A stretch of 64,000 nucleotides of DNA from an uncultured Solirubrobacterales bacterium (GTDB lineage: Bacteria; Actinomycetota; Thermoleophilia; Solirubrobacterales; Solirubrobacteraceae). The stretch spans positions 1,218,497-1,282,496 of the forward strand of contig CAWGRJ010000002.1 of the NCBI GenBank assembly GCA_963825025.1, in the 5' to 3' direction. The notes under the pieces are model-generated. The model saw nothing but the letters and a program-made list of their open reading frames with translations, ran no database searches and had not been told where the DNA came from. Every line of letters starts with the position of its first letter. The first letter of the stretch is position 1. The translations under genes were made by a program, and so were the position numbers. Below are positions 35,810-43,685 of the stretch, piece after piece.

Positions 35810-36163
35810 ATGGGATCACCACACTCGCAGGACACAGACGGCGGCGAGGAGCGCACCTCACCAAAAGGCGCGACATTCGACCGTGAGAGCCTGCTCGACC
35901 TGGTGCGCTCGATCGTCGGGCACTCCGCGGTGAGAGGCGCCACTGTCGAGATGGTCCGAGAGGGGCTCAGCCGGCCGGCCGAAGCGCGCATGTCCGAGGG
36001 TATTCGCGCCGGTGCGAACGATGCGCTCACCCGCCTTTCGGATGGGCTGCGCGGCGGTGTGAAGGATGCGCTCGACGCGCTCGATGATGACGACTGGACG
36101 CTGATCGCCCGCGAGATGCTGGAGGACGCGCAGGAGGAATCCGAGGCGGCATTGGTGGCGTAG
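35810..36163 (+). CDS. hypothetical acidic protein (117 aa), paralogous to the N-terminal part of 34219-34890
   Basis: AAGGAG (35797-35802) 7 nt before ATG 35810. LLDLVRSIVGHSAV...DDDDWTLIAREMLEDAQEE resembles DLVRDFIRSSLRHSAA...TSEDWEQVGRDLLADARDC. Confidence 0.6.
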   Translation: MGSPHSQDTDGGEERTSPKGATFDRESLLDLVRSIVGHSAVRGATVEMVREGLSRPAEARMSEGIRAGANDALTRLSDGLRGGVKDALDALDDDDWTLIAREMLEDAQEESEAALVA

Positions 36164-36178
36164 CCAGCGGAGCGTCTC

Positions 36179-36240
36179 GCAGGGCGACGGGAGCACCCCA
36201 CGTTCCGTGACCCCACACACGGTTCATCCCGTCGCCCTGC
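36179..36240 (+). other. 14-bp perfect inverted repeat with 34-nt loop (structured RNA, terminator or protein-binding site)
   Basis: GCAGGGCGACGGGA (36179-36192) pairs with TCCCGTCGCCCTGC (36227-36240). The loop contains CACGttcCGTG and two ACCCCAC copies. Confidence 0.4.
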
Positions 36241-36283
36241 GAGATGACCCCGGCTTCCGCGACCCGCTTTGGAGGGCTCAGAA

Positions 36284-36445
36284 ATGGACAGCTTTTTCAC
36301 TGTGAGAATCACGAGCAGCGACGAGTTCGACGTGCCATCGCTCAGCGCGCCGGATGTGAGAGACGCGGTGCAGGCGAAGGCCGTCGAAGAGGACGTCCCG
36401 GTCGAAAGCGTCTCGGTGCAGGCGTGGGTGCAGGTGCAAGCGTGA
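36284..36445 (+). CDS. small acidic protein (53 aa), below the ORF-track cutoff
   Basis: GGAGGG (36271-36276) 7 nt before ATG 36284. MDSFFTVRITSSDEFDVPSLSAPDVRDAVQAKAVEEDVPVESVSVQAWVQVQA. TGA 36443-36445 overlaps GTG 36442 of the next gene (GTGA). Confidence 0.5.
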   Translation: MDSFFTVRITSSDEFDVPSLSAPDVRDAVQAKAVEEDVPVESVSVQAWVQVQA

Positions 36446-36984
36446 GCCCCGACGACGAGGTGGGACGCACACGAGAGCTTCTGCTGACGCGGATCGCTCT
36501 TTACGGCTACACGATGACTCAGGTGATCCCGACGAGAGAGTGGAGCGATCCGAGCTACACCTACACGATCGGCCTCCCTGAGCACATCGGTCACCCCGAG
36601 CTAGCCGTTAGCGGCCTCAGCCCGAAGGCGAGCATCCGCGTGATCACCTCGGTCGTTGCGCTGCTGGAGGAGACGCCCGAGGCCGAAGGGCGCGTGGTCG
36701 GAGCGTTCGCAAATGACGTGCCGTGTTGGATAGCGCCCATTCCCGACCGGATGGTCGACTCCTACCTCGGCCTCGCCGAGTGGTGGCGACGCGAGCACCA
36801 TGACGGCGGGAGCGCCGCAGTGAAGCAGATCATCGTTTGCGATCCCGCCGGCCGCTTTCCGTGGGAGCAGGGCTGCCAACACGGCTACCGGACCGGGCAG
36901 TCCCTGCTGCTCCCACAGATCATGGTCCGCGAGCCGAGGACCACCGTCACCAGCCAGCAGGGCGGTGCCAGTGCGACCAGCTGA
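36442..36984 (+). CDS. DUF4262-like protein
   Basis: LYGYTMTQVIPTREWSDPSYTYTIGLPEHIGHPELAVSGL matches my recollection of the DUF4262 core. The start is set at GTG 36442 because of the coupling to the small ORF. Confidence 0.7.
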   Translation: MSPDDEVGRTRELLLTRIALYGYTMTQVIPTREWSDPSYTYTIGLPEHIGHPELAVSGLSPKASIRVITSVVALLEETPEAEGRVVGAFANDVPCWIAPIPDRMVDSYLGLAEWWRREHHDGGSAAVKQIIVCDPAGRFPWEQGCQHGYRTGQSLLLPQIMVREPRTTVTSQQGGASATS

Positions 36985-37097
36985 GGCCCCCACAGCCCGC
37001 CCTATAGGGCGCTGTAGCGCCACGTCGCGGCCACACGCCGGACGGTGCGCTCAACCCCCACGATCGCCAGCACCCGGCCCCACGACAGCCCACAGCT

Positions 37098-37343
37098 ATG
37101 CGCTACCGCGTCCTCGTACCGGCTGAGCCCAACGACGCGATCGACGGCGAACTGCGCACCCAACGCCCCGGCGTCGCCGCGCTTGAGCGATGGCTCGGCC
37201 GGCGCGTGTACCGCAACGACCTCGAAGCGTTCGATAACCGGCAGACGCGACGGCAGCGCGCCCGCCGACTCGCGCTGCAGGGCCCCACCGCCGAGGCCGC
37301 GAACTCGATCCCCGCCTGGGCATATAGCCCCGGACGCCGATGA
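37098..37343 (+). CDS. hypothetical protein (81 aa), ATGA-coupled to the RNase H-like gene
   Basis: ORF ending at TGA 37341-37343, overlapping ATG 37340. MRYRVLVPAEPNDAIDGELRTQRPGVAALERWLGRRVYRNDLEAFDN... Confidence 0.5.
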   Translation: MRYRVLVPAEPNDAIDGELRTQRPGVAALERWLGRRVYRNDLEAFDNRQTRRQRARRLALQGPTAEAANSIPAWAYSPGRR

Positions 37344-37885
37344 TCTACGTTAACTGCGATGCGTCCTACCGCAATGGCTGGGCAGGGATCGCGTACCAAA
37401 GCGATCACCTCGAAAGCCAAAGCCGGCTCGTGGAATGCAAGAACAACGGCGAGGCCGAGCTGCGAGCGCTCCTGCTGGCGATGAGCACAGCCGAGCAGGC
37501 GAAGCTGAGCAACGTCACCTTCAGAACCGACTGCGAGTCCGCTGCGCGACCGCACCGCGGCGAAAGCGAGCACCTGCGCCCGCTGCGCGAGGAGGCGTGC
37601 CGCTATCTGGCCAGGCACCAGCCGAAGTGGTCGATCGCCCAAATCTCCCGCACCGAAAACGTGCTCGCCCACGCCCTCGCACGGCAGGCACGCCGGGCCC
37701 ACGACGACGTATCGGTAAGCATCGACAGCGTCGTGGCCGCGGCGCTCATCGAGCGCGCTGGCATCACCGAAACGACCGAGGGCCGCTGGCGGGTGGCGCC
37801 CGATCGACTCGCATCGAGCATGGGCGGAGCGCTGAGCGCCGCACTGCTGAAGCTCGCCACCGACGCCCCAAGCCACGCGAGCTGA
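37340..37885 (+). CDS. RNase H-like (RVT_3 / RNase HI fold) protein
   Basis: Acidic triad context: IYVNCDASY, NNGEAELRALLLAM, FRTDCES. Also SRTENVLAHALAR. Confidence 0.75.
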   Translation: MIYVNCDASYRNGWAGIAYQSDHLESQSRLVECKNNGEAELRALLLAMSTAEQAKLSNVTFRTDCESAARPHRGESEHLRPLREEACRYLARHQPKWSIAQISRTENVLAHALARQARRAHDDVSVSIDSVVAAALIERAGITETTEGRWRVAPDRLASSMGGALSAALLKLATDAPSHAS

Positions 37886-38023
37886 CAGCGGAGATGACTG
37901 ATCACCACACCACCCCGGCTATCGCTGGCCTCGCCGGTCACGAAGAGGACCACACCGAGGACAGACGATGACACTTGGCATTATGCTGGCGGCCGTGCGC
38001 AAGACCCAAGAGATGGGCAGCAG

Positions 38024-38749
38024 ATGACGGAGATCCGGTTGTCGAGCGACGAGGCGAGGCTGCACGAGGCCTACCGCTCCGCGCTCTCTGAGTTCGAGTC
38101 AGCGGCGGCCTGTGGTCATCCCACCGCCTCTGCTCCAGCAGCTCTTGACGCCGTGAGGCGAGAGAGCACACAGGAGCTGTTCGCTCTGTGTAACCTGGCG
38201 GCTATCAAGCTCGCCAGAGTGACCGTGCCCGACCTCATTGTCACGAGACCGAGCACCATGCCTTGGCGCCGATCGGCGCAGGCAGCCAAGAAGGGCCGCC
38301 AGGTGCTTGAGGTCCAATCTCTCATCGATAAGCTCCTCGCTGACGGCTTCGTCGCCGGCGCCGCGATGGCCGAGCTCCGAGGGGAGGAGCTGGACGTGGA
38401 TGCCAGCACGCCTATCTACCCAGAAGCCGCCATCGAGTGGCGTTGGGAGAGAGCGAGCGAGTCCATCGGGGAAGGTTTGGATGCAGACCCCGTGGCCTCA
38501 GACCTACTCCACGCGCTGAGCGCCGGCAACGTAGTTCTCTTCTCTCGGCCCGCAGACGAGGCTTGGCGCAGGCTGGGCCAGACGCCAGACCCCATCCTCT
38601 CCGCTTCCCACGGCGAACACATTGCGCGTCGCGGCTACACGCTCCACTGGGCGCACTCGAAGGCGGTCGCGGAACGCTTCAAGGACGAGCACATGGCCTG
38701 TGTCAGGCGAACGATGAGCGCCGTGCCACCACCCGCGCAAGCGCCGTAG
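38024..38749 (+). CDS. hypothetical protein (241 aa)
   Basis: Clean ORF with ordinary amino-acid composition. No family recognised. Ends 20 nt before the IS66 target duplication. Confidence 0.6.
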   Translation: MTEIRLSSDEARLHEAYRSALSEFESAAACGHPTASAPAALDAVRRESTQELFALCNLAAIKLARVTVPDLIVTRPSTMPWRRSAQAAKKGRQVLEVQSLIDKLLADGFVAGAAMAELRGEELDVDASTPIYPEAAIEWRWERASESIGEGLDADPVASDLLHALSAGNVVLFSRPADEAWRRLGQTPDPILSASHGEHIARRGYTLHWAHSKAVAERFKDEHMACVRRTMSAVPPPAQAP

Positions 38750-38776
38750 GCCGCGATGTGCGGCAAATGGCAAATA

Positions 38777-40375
38777 GTAAGCGTTCAGTCGTGGTCTTCC
38801 TGTAGCGAGGATTGGCGGGCGGTGCAGCGAATCTTGCGGGTATGGACCGCTCGGAGGCGGAGGCGATCTTTGGTGCGGGGCGGGAGCGGTGCGTCGATGC
38901 GATCGTTGAGCTGGCGGGCGAGCGTGAGCAGTTCGCGGCGCGTTGTGAGCGTCTGGAGGAGCGGGTCGCTCGGCTTGAGGAGCAGGCGCGAGGGGATTCG
39001 CGTAACTCGTCGAGCCCTCCGTCGCAGGATCCGCCCAAGACACGGGCGGAGCGTCGCGCGGAGGCGCGTCGTAAGGCGAAGCTGTGGAGCAAACGCGACG
39101 GCGAGAAGCGAAAGGCGGGCGCCCAGTCCGGGCATGAGGGCTCCGGTCGCAAGCTGCTACCGGAGGACCGGGTGGATGAGATCGTTGATCACTACCCGCA
39201 GGAGTGCGGCGGATGCGGGCGTGTGTTCAGCGAGCAGGAGCGGCAGCCTGGCAAGCGGTTCGGGCGCCATCAGGTAGCCGAGCTGCCGCCGATCGTGGTG
39301 CTCTTCTGCGAGCATCGCACTCACCATCTGTGCTGCCCAGGGTGTGGCAAGAAGGCTGTGGCGCGCCTGCCCGACGGGGTAGGCGACTCGCCGTTCGGCA
39401 CCGACTTGCAGGCCGCGGTCGTGACGATGACCGCACGTAACCGGGTTTCGCGGCGCGACATGTCCGAGCTTGCGCGGGACCTGTTCGGACTCCGGTTATC
39501 CGTCGGGGCGGTCGATGCGATCTGCCAGCGCGCGGGGAAAGCGCTGCGGGCCCCACACGAGCTGCTGGTCGAGAGCGTGCTGGCATCACCAGTCCTCAAC
39601 GTCGATGAGACCGGCTGGTTCACCGCGCATGAGGGCCGCACAATGTGGGCCGCGACCACGCCCGAGGCAGCCATCTTCCGGATCGCAGAGGATCGTCATC
39701 GCGACCGCCTCAAGGAACTGCTCGGCGCGGACTTCAAAGGGATCGTGGGCTCGGATCGCTGGTGGGCATATGAGCTGGTCGATCCCGCCTCGCGCCAGGC
39801 CTGCTGGGAGCATCTCAAGCGAGACTTCGCCTTCCACGCGGGAGGAGCCCTGGCCGAGCAGAAGCAGTTCGGAGAAGCCGCCAGCGAACTGACCAAAAGG
39901 CTGTTCGAGACCTGGCACGCCTTTGGCGAGCACCAAGATCGCCGGCGCCTCGCGGGCGAGATAGCCCCCATCCAAGCCGAGCTCCGGGAGCTACTGGAAC
40001 GCGCCGCACGCAAGAGCACCTACACGCGCTTTCACCGCCGCTTCGCCAAGAACCTGCTGAGGATCTGGCCGGCGCTCTGGACTTTCGTCACCGTCGAAGG
40101 GGTCGAGCCCACCAACAACGCAGCCGAGAGAGCGCTACGCGGGCCGGTCATCTACCGCAAGCTCTCACACGGCACCCAATCCACCGACGGCGAGCGATTC
40201 ATCGAGCGCGCGCTGTCAGCCTCGGTCACATGCCGCCTGCAAGCCCGCTCGATGTTCGCGTACATGCGCGAACTGCTCACCGCCCACGCCCGCGGCGACC
40301 CACTCCCAGCCCTGACCTGAGCCCCCGCACCTGCCCACCAGCACACCCCACCGGGACCCACGACTGAACGCTTAC
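38777..40375 (+). mobile_element. IS66-family insertion sequence (1,599 bp, single transposase ORF)
   Basis: IRL GTAAGCGTTCAGTCGTGG (38777-38794) and IRR CCACGACTGAACGCTTAC (40358-40375) form a perfect 18-bp inverted repeat with the GTAAGCG terminus typical of IS66. 8-bp direct repeat GGCAAATA at 38769-38776 and 40376-40383. Confidence 0.9.
38842..40320 (+). CDS. IS66-family transposase
   Basis: N-terminal coiled coil then RGDSRNSSSPPSQDPP. Zinc-finger-like CPGCG. DDE-region blocks VLNVDETGW and GIVGSDRWWAY. Alternative TTG start at 38812. Confidence 0.9.
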   Translation: MDRSEAEAIFGAGRERCVDAIVELAGEREQFAARCERLEERVARLEEQARGDSRNSSSPPSQDPPKTRAERRAEARRKAKLWSKRDGEKRKAGAQSGHEGSGRKLLPEDRVDEIVDHYPQECGGCGRVFSEQERQPGKRFGRHQVAELPPIVVLFCEHRTHHLCCPGCGKKAVARLPDGVGDSPFGTDLQAAVVTMTARNRVSRRDMSELARDLFGLRLSVGAVDAICQRAGKALRAPHELLVESVLASPVLNVDETGWFTAHEGRTMWAATTPEAAIFRIAEDRHRDRLKELLGADFKGIVGSDRWWAYELVDPASRQACWEHLKRDFAFHAGGALAEQKQFGEAASELTKRLFETWHAFGEHQDRRRLAGEIAPIQAELRELLERAARKSTYTRFHRRFAKNLLRIWPALWTFVTVEGVEPTNNAAERALRGPVIYRKLSHGTQSTDGERFIERALSASVTCRLQARSMFAYMRELLTAHARGDPLPALT

Positions 40376-40405
40376 GGCAAATAGCTCATTTGCAGGGCTT
40401 TCGAG

Positions 40406-40478
40406 TGGCGAGAGGCGGACTTGAACCGCCGACACCTCGATTTTCAGTCGAGTGCTCTACCAACTGAGCTATCTCGCC
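40406..40478 (-). tRNA. tRNA-Phe: tRNA-Phe (anticodon GAA), 73 nt, CCA not encoded
   Basis: Hand-folded cloverleaf: acceptor GGCGAGA/TCTCGCC, D-stem GCTC/GAGC, anticodon stem CTCGA/TCGAG with loop CTGAAAA, variable GTGTC, T-stem GGCGG/CCGCC with loop TTCAAGT, discriminator A. Confidence 0.95.
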
Positions 40479-40496
40479 GGGACCACGATCCTAGCG
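40441..40496. repeat. attL-like repeat (5' half of the intact tRNA-Phe plus 18 nt upstream)
   Basis: Shares an exact 21-mer TTTTCAGTCGAGTGCTCTACC (40441-40461) and an exact 17-mer ACTGAGCTATCTCGCCG with 62746-62803. The rest is similar with two 1-nt indels. Confidence 0.75.
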
Positions 40497-40779
40497 CCTC
40501 AACGGCGGTTGAGCCACTGCGGCTCGGGCTCCGGCGGCCCCCAGCCGTGGGCCCTTCCGGACGTGCGATGATCGTGAACTGAGCGTCCTCCCGGACGCCC
40601 AGGAATTGGCACTCCAACCCCCGTGTTCTACTTCCCAGCCGGCGCGACCGGAGTCGAGATCGAAGATCCGCTGCAGAGCGTCCATCGACTCCGACAAAGC
40701 ATCAGTGTTAAGAGCGAGCCCTTCGCCGCACAAGCGTGAAAGTCCGGCGACACGTCACAGATACCTCGATGCATCGGTC

Positions 40780-40818
40780 GCTGAGCCTGTCCTGGCGGTC
40801 CTGGCGGACAGGCTCAGC
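40780..40818 (-). terminator. stem-loop immediately after the SRPBCC gene stop
   Basis: GCTGAGCCTGTCC (40780-40792), 13-nt loop, GGACAGGCTCAGC (40806-40818). Starts 6 nt from the stop codon at 40824-40826. No T-run, which is common in high-GC genomes. Confidence 0.6.
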
Positions 40819-40823
40819 GCGGT

Positions 40824-41273
40824 TCAAGACCTGACCTCGCGCCTTTCTCCGAGCGTCTTGCGCAGGCCGGCGAGTGCGCGAGCGCCGACTCGTTTGAAAG
40901 CGATCCCGAGCAGCGGGTCGGCGAGCCTGAACGGCCCTTTCAGTGCGAGATCTGCGTCGTAGGTGATTCGTGTGCCCTGCTCGGAGGGCTCGAAGGTGAT
41001 CCGGTCCAGCGAGACGACGGTCGAGCTTTCGCCGCGGAATGTGACGGCGTTTGGTGGGTCGTACTCGACGATGCGGTAGATGAGTGGGATCTTTCGGTGA
41101 AGGAAGCTCGCCAGGAGCCGGAACTCGGTCCCTTGCTGGACTGGTGCGTCGCCGAGGCGCTCAGCTTCGATGACGCCCGGGTCCCACTCCTGGGTGCTCG
41201 AGAAGTCGCTCAGGTAGGCGAACATCTCATCGGGCGGACGCGACGTATCGATGCTTGCGTTGTAGTGAGCCAT
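40824..41273 (-). CDS. SRPBCC-superfamily (polyketide cyclase/dehydrase-like) protein
   Basis: 149 aa. FAYLSDFSSTQEWDPGV...GTEFRL...YRIVEYDPPNAVTFRGESSTVVSLDRITFEP is typical of the SRPBCC fold families. Confidence 0.75.
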   Translation of the reverse strand: MAHYNASIDTSRPPDEMFAYLSDFSSTQEWDPGVIEAERLGDAPVQQGTEFRLLASFLHRKIPLIYRIVEYDPPNAVTFRGESSTVVSLDRITFEPSEQGTRITYDADLALKGPFRLADPLLGIAFKRVGARALAGLRKTLGERREVRS

Positions 41274-41283
41274 CGGGTTCTCC

Positions 41284-42255
41284 TTATCGGTCTGAGTCGC
41301 CGGGGGCTGGTGTTTCGTGCCAGCCGCTGAGGCGTTCGCATTCGGTCCATAGCCGCTCGTGGTCTTGGGGTGTCTGTTTGGTCCACGGCACGCGGTGGGT
41401 TGGGCGCTCTCGGCGGTCGTGCCAGAGGCCGCCAGAGCTGTGCGCCGGTCGGGCGGCAGCGCCGAGCCAGACGATCGTGTCGGCGCCTTCTTGGGGCGTG
41501 CGCAGCAGCCGCTTTGTTAGGGCGTGGAAGCGTGGTAGCGAGGACTTTAGGCCCGGGGTATCCGCCCAGCCCGGGTGCATCGCGTGGACAACGACGCCGG
41601 TGCCCCGCAACCGCTCCGCCCACAGTTCGGTCAGGATGACCTGGGCGCGCTTGGTGCGCGCGTACGCGGTGGCTCCGTCGAACTTCTCGTGGGCCATCTG
41701 CAGGTCGTCGGGGTGGATTCGCTGCGTGTACATGCCGCCCGAGGACACGTTTATGATGCGGGCAGGCCGGCTCCGTTCGAGTATGGGGAGGAGCAGGTTG
41801 GTCAGCAGGAACGGCCCGAGAACGTTGGTCGCGAAGGTCAGCTCGATCCCATCGACGGAGAGCGTCCGCTCGCCCGCCAGCGCACCGGCGTTGTTGACGA
41901 GCACGTCCAGGCGCCCCGTCTCCCCGCCGAGACGCTTGGCGAGGAGCCGCACGGATTCCAGGTCGCTGAGGTCGCAGAGGCTGACCTGAACGTCGCTGTT
42001 TCCAGACCGTTCGACGACGCTCGCGCGGGCACGCTCGCCGCGCTGCTCGCTGCGGGCGAGCAGCCGGACGGTGGCGCCGAGGCGCGCGAAGCCCTCGGCG
42101 GCGGCGAGGCCGAGCCCCGAGGTGGCGCCGGTGACGAGCACGACCTTCCCGTCCATCGACTGCAGGTCGCTTGGGTTCCACATGCTCCTGCGGATGCGAT
42201 AGCCGACGCGCGTATAGCCCGCAATGACGGTACGGTCGAGGATCGTGTCGAGCAT
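41284..42255 (-). CDS. short-chain dehydrogenase/reductase (SDR)
   Basis: GKVVLVTGATSGLGLAAAEGFARLGATV (TGxxxGxG). NNAG. Catalytic YARTK (YxxxK). 10 nt upstream of the SRPBCC gene. Confidence 0.85.
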   Translation of the reverse strand: MLDTILDRTVIAGYTRVGYRIRRSMWNPSDLQSMDGKVVLVTGATSGLGLAAAEGFARLGATVRLLARSEQRGERARASVVERSGNSDVQVSLCDLSDLESVRLLAKRLGGETGRLDVLVNNAGALAGERTLSVDGIELTFATNVLGPFLLTNLLLPILERSRPARIINVSSGGMYTQRIHPDDLQMAHEKFDGATAYARTKRAQVILTELWAERLRGTGVVVHAMHPGWADTPGLKSSLPRFHALTKRLLRTPQEGADTIVWLGAAARPAHSSGGLWHDRRERPTHRVPWTKQTPQDHERLWTECERLSGWHETPAPGDSDR

Positions 42256-42316
42256 CCTATGTGCAGAATAGTGCTATGTAGATGACTTTGGAAACGTTTG
42301 ATGTACTGGAACACGC

Positions 42317-42448
42317 ATGAGGATCGCTCGTATCACCGCGCGCTACCCGGCGGCGACGCTGCGCGTGCTCGCGCTCATCTACCGTCATGCGCTTGCGCTG
42401 AAGCTCAAAGGCGTGCCGCTACACGCCCCTCCCGGGGAGCCGGCGTGA
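42317..42448 (+). pseudogene. 3' remnant of a DUF1365-like gene
   Basis: MRIARITARYPAATLRVLALIYRHALALKLKGVPLHAPPGEPA resembles the extreme C-terminus of DUF1365 proteins, which usually precede cfa. The frame opens only at 42302. Its TGA overlaps GTG 42445 (GTGA). Confidence 0.45.
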
Positions 42449-43683
42449 CGGTGTCCCAGCGCGTCGCGCGAGGCATCGCGCTTGGCGTGCTGGCGCGTTT
42501 GCGCTCTGGCCGGCTGACTGTCGTGGAGGGCGAGCGAGCACTGGTGCTGGGGCACGGCGGCCCGCGGGCGACGGTGCAGGTTCGCTCGCCTCGCCTGTGG
42601 CCGAGATTGTTGCACGGCAGCCGCGGGATGGCCGAGGCATACGCGCAGGGCTTCTGGGAGTCCCCGGATCTGACGGCCGTGGTGCGCGTGGCGGCGCGCA
42701 ACGTGAGGAGCCTTGATGAGTGGCGTCGCCGGCTCGCGCCGGCACGGGTCCCGCTGCAGGCCGCGCGCGGTATCCGTGCACGCAACACCCACTCGCGCAG
42801 CCGCCGCGGCATTGCGGCCCACTACGATCTCGGGAACGAGCTGTTCGCGTTGATGCTCGACGAGACGATGATGTACTCCTCGGCGTACTTCCCGCACCGG
42901 GGGATGACGCTCGCCCAGGCATCGAAAGCGAAGCTCGAGCTGGTGTGTGACAAACTCGATCTGCAAGCCGGCGACCATGTCCTTGAGATCGGCACGGGAT
43001 GGGGCGGGTTCGCCGTCCACGCCGCGAAAACAAGGGGCTGCCAGGTCACGACCACCACGATCTCGCACGAGCAGTACGAGCACGCCCGCAAGTGGGTGCA
43101 GGCCGCCGGGGTCGCCGATCGAGTCACTGTGCTGTGCGAGGACTACCGCGACCTACGCGGACGCCACGAAAAGCTCGTCTGCATCGAGATGATCGAGGCC
43201 GTCGGGTATCGCGACTTCGACACGTTCTTCGAGCGCTGCTCGAACCTGCTGGCCGCTCACGGGAGGATGCTGCTGCAGGCGATAACCATCGACGATCGAG
43301 CCTACGAGGTCGAGAAGGCCTCGCGGAGCTTCATCCGCACCCACATCTTCCCGGGCGGCTGCCTGCCCTCGCTCGCCGTGATCGCGCGCTGCGTCGCTCG
43401 GCGCACCGACATGCGAACCATCGAAGTCAGGGATCTGACGCCGCACTATGCCGAGACGCTGCGGCGCTGGCGCGCCAACTTCGAGGGGGCGACCCCGCGC
43501 CTGGAGGATCTCGGCTACGACGAGCGCTTCCGGCGGCTGTGGCGGATGTACCTCGCCTACTGCGAGGCCGGTTTCGCCGAGCGGCGGATCGGCGTCATCC
43601 AAATGACACTGGCAAAGCCAGGGTGGCGCAAGTACGCCGGCCACACGAGTGCGTACGAGTCGCAACGGGCGCTGGCCTTCTGA
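42445..43683 (+). CDS. cfa: cyclopropane-fatty-acyl-phospholipid synthase family SAM methyltransferase
   Basis: AHYDLGNELFALMLDETMMYSSAYF and VLEIGTGWGGFAVHAA match the Cfa/mycolic-acid MTase signatures. GGGGAG precedes GTG 42445. The upstream part of the track ORF was rejected. Confidence 0.85.
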   Translation: MTVSQRVARGIALGVLARLRSGRLTVVEGERALVLGHGGPRATVQVRSPRLWPRLLHGSRGMAEAYAQGFWESPDLTAVVRVAARNVRSLDEWRRRLAPARVPLQAARGIRARNTHSRSRRGIAAHYDLGNELFALMLDETMMYSSAYFPHRGMTLAQASKAKLELVCDKLDLQAGDHVLEIGTGWGGFAVHAAKTRGCQVTTTTISHEQYEHARKWVQAAGVADRVTVLCEDYRDLRGRHEKLVCIEMIEAVGYRDFDTFFERCSNLLAAHGRMLLQAITIDDRAYEVEKASRSFIRTHIFPGGCLPSLAVIARCVARRTDMRTIEVRDLTPHYAETLRRWRANFEGATPRLEDLGYDERFRRLWRMYLAYCEAGFAERRIGVIQMTLAKPGWRKYAGHTSAYESQRALAF

Positions 43684-43685
43684 AC

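Noticed and set aside
42298-42444. N-terminal extension of the cfa ORF (TTG 42298).
   Set aside because: The Cfa-like sequence only begins after GTG 42445, which has a GGGGAG Shine-Dalgarno. The upstream stretch is better explained in another frame as a DUF1365 C-terminal remnant.
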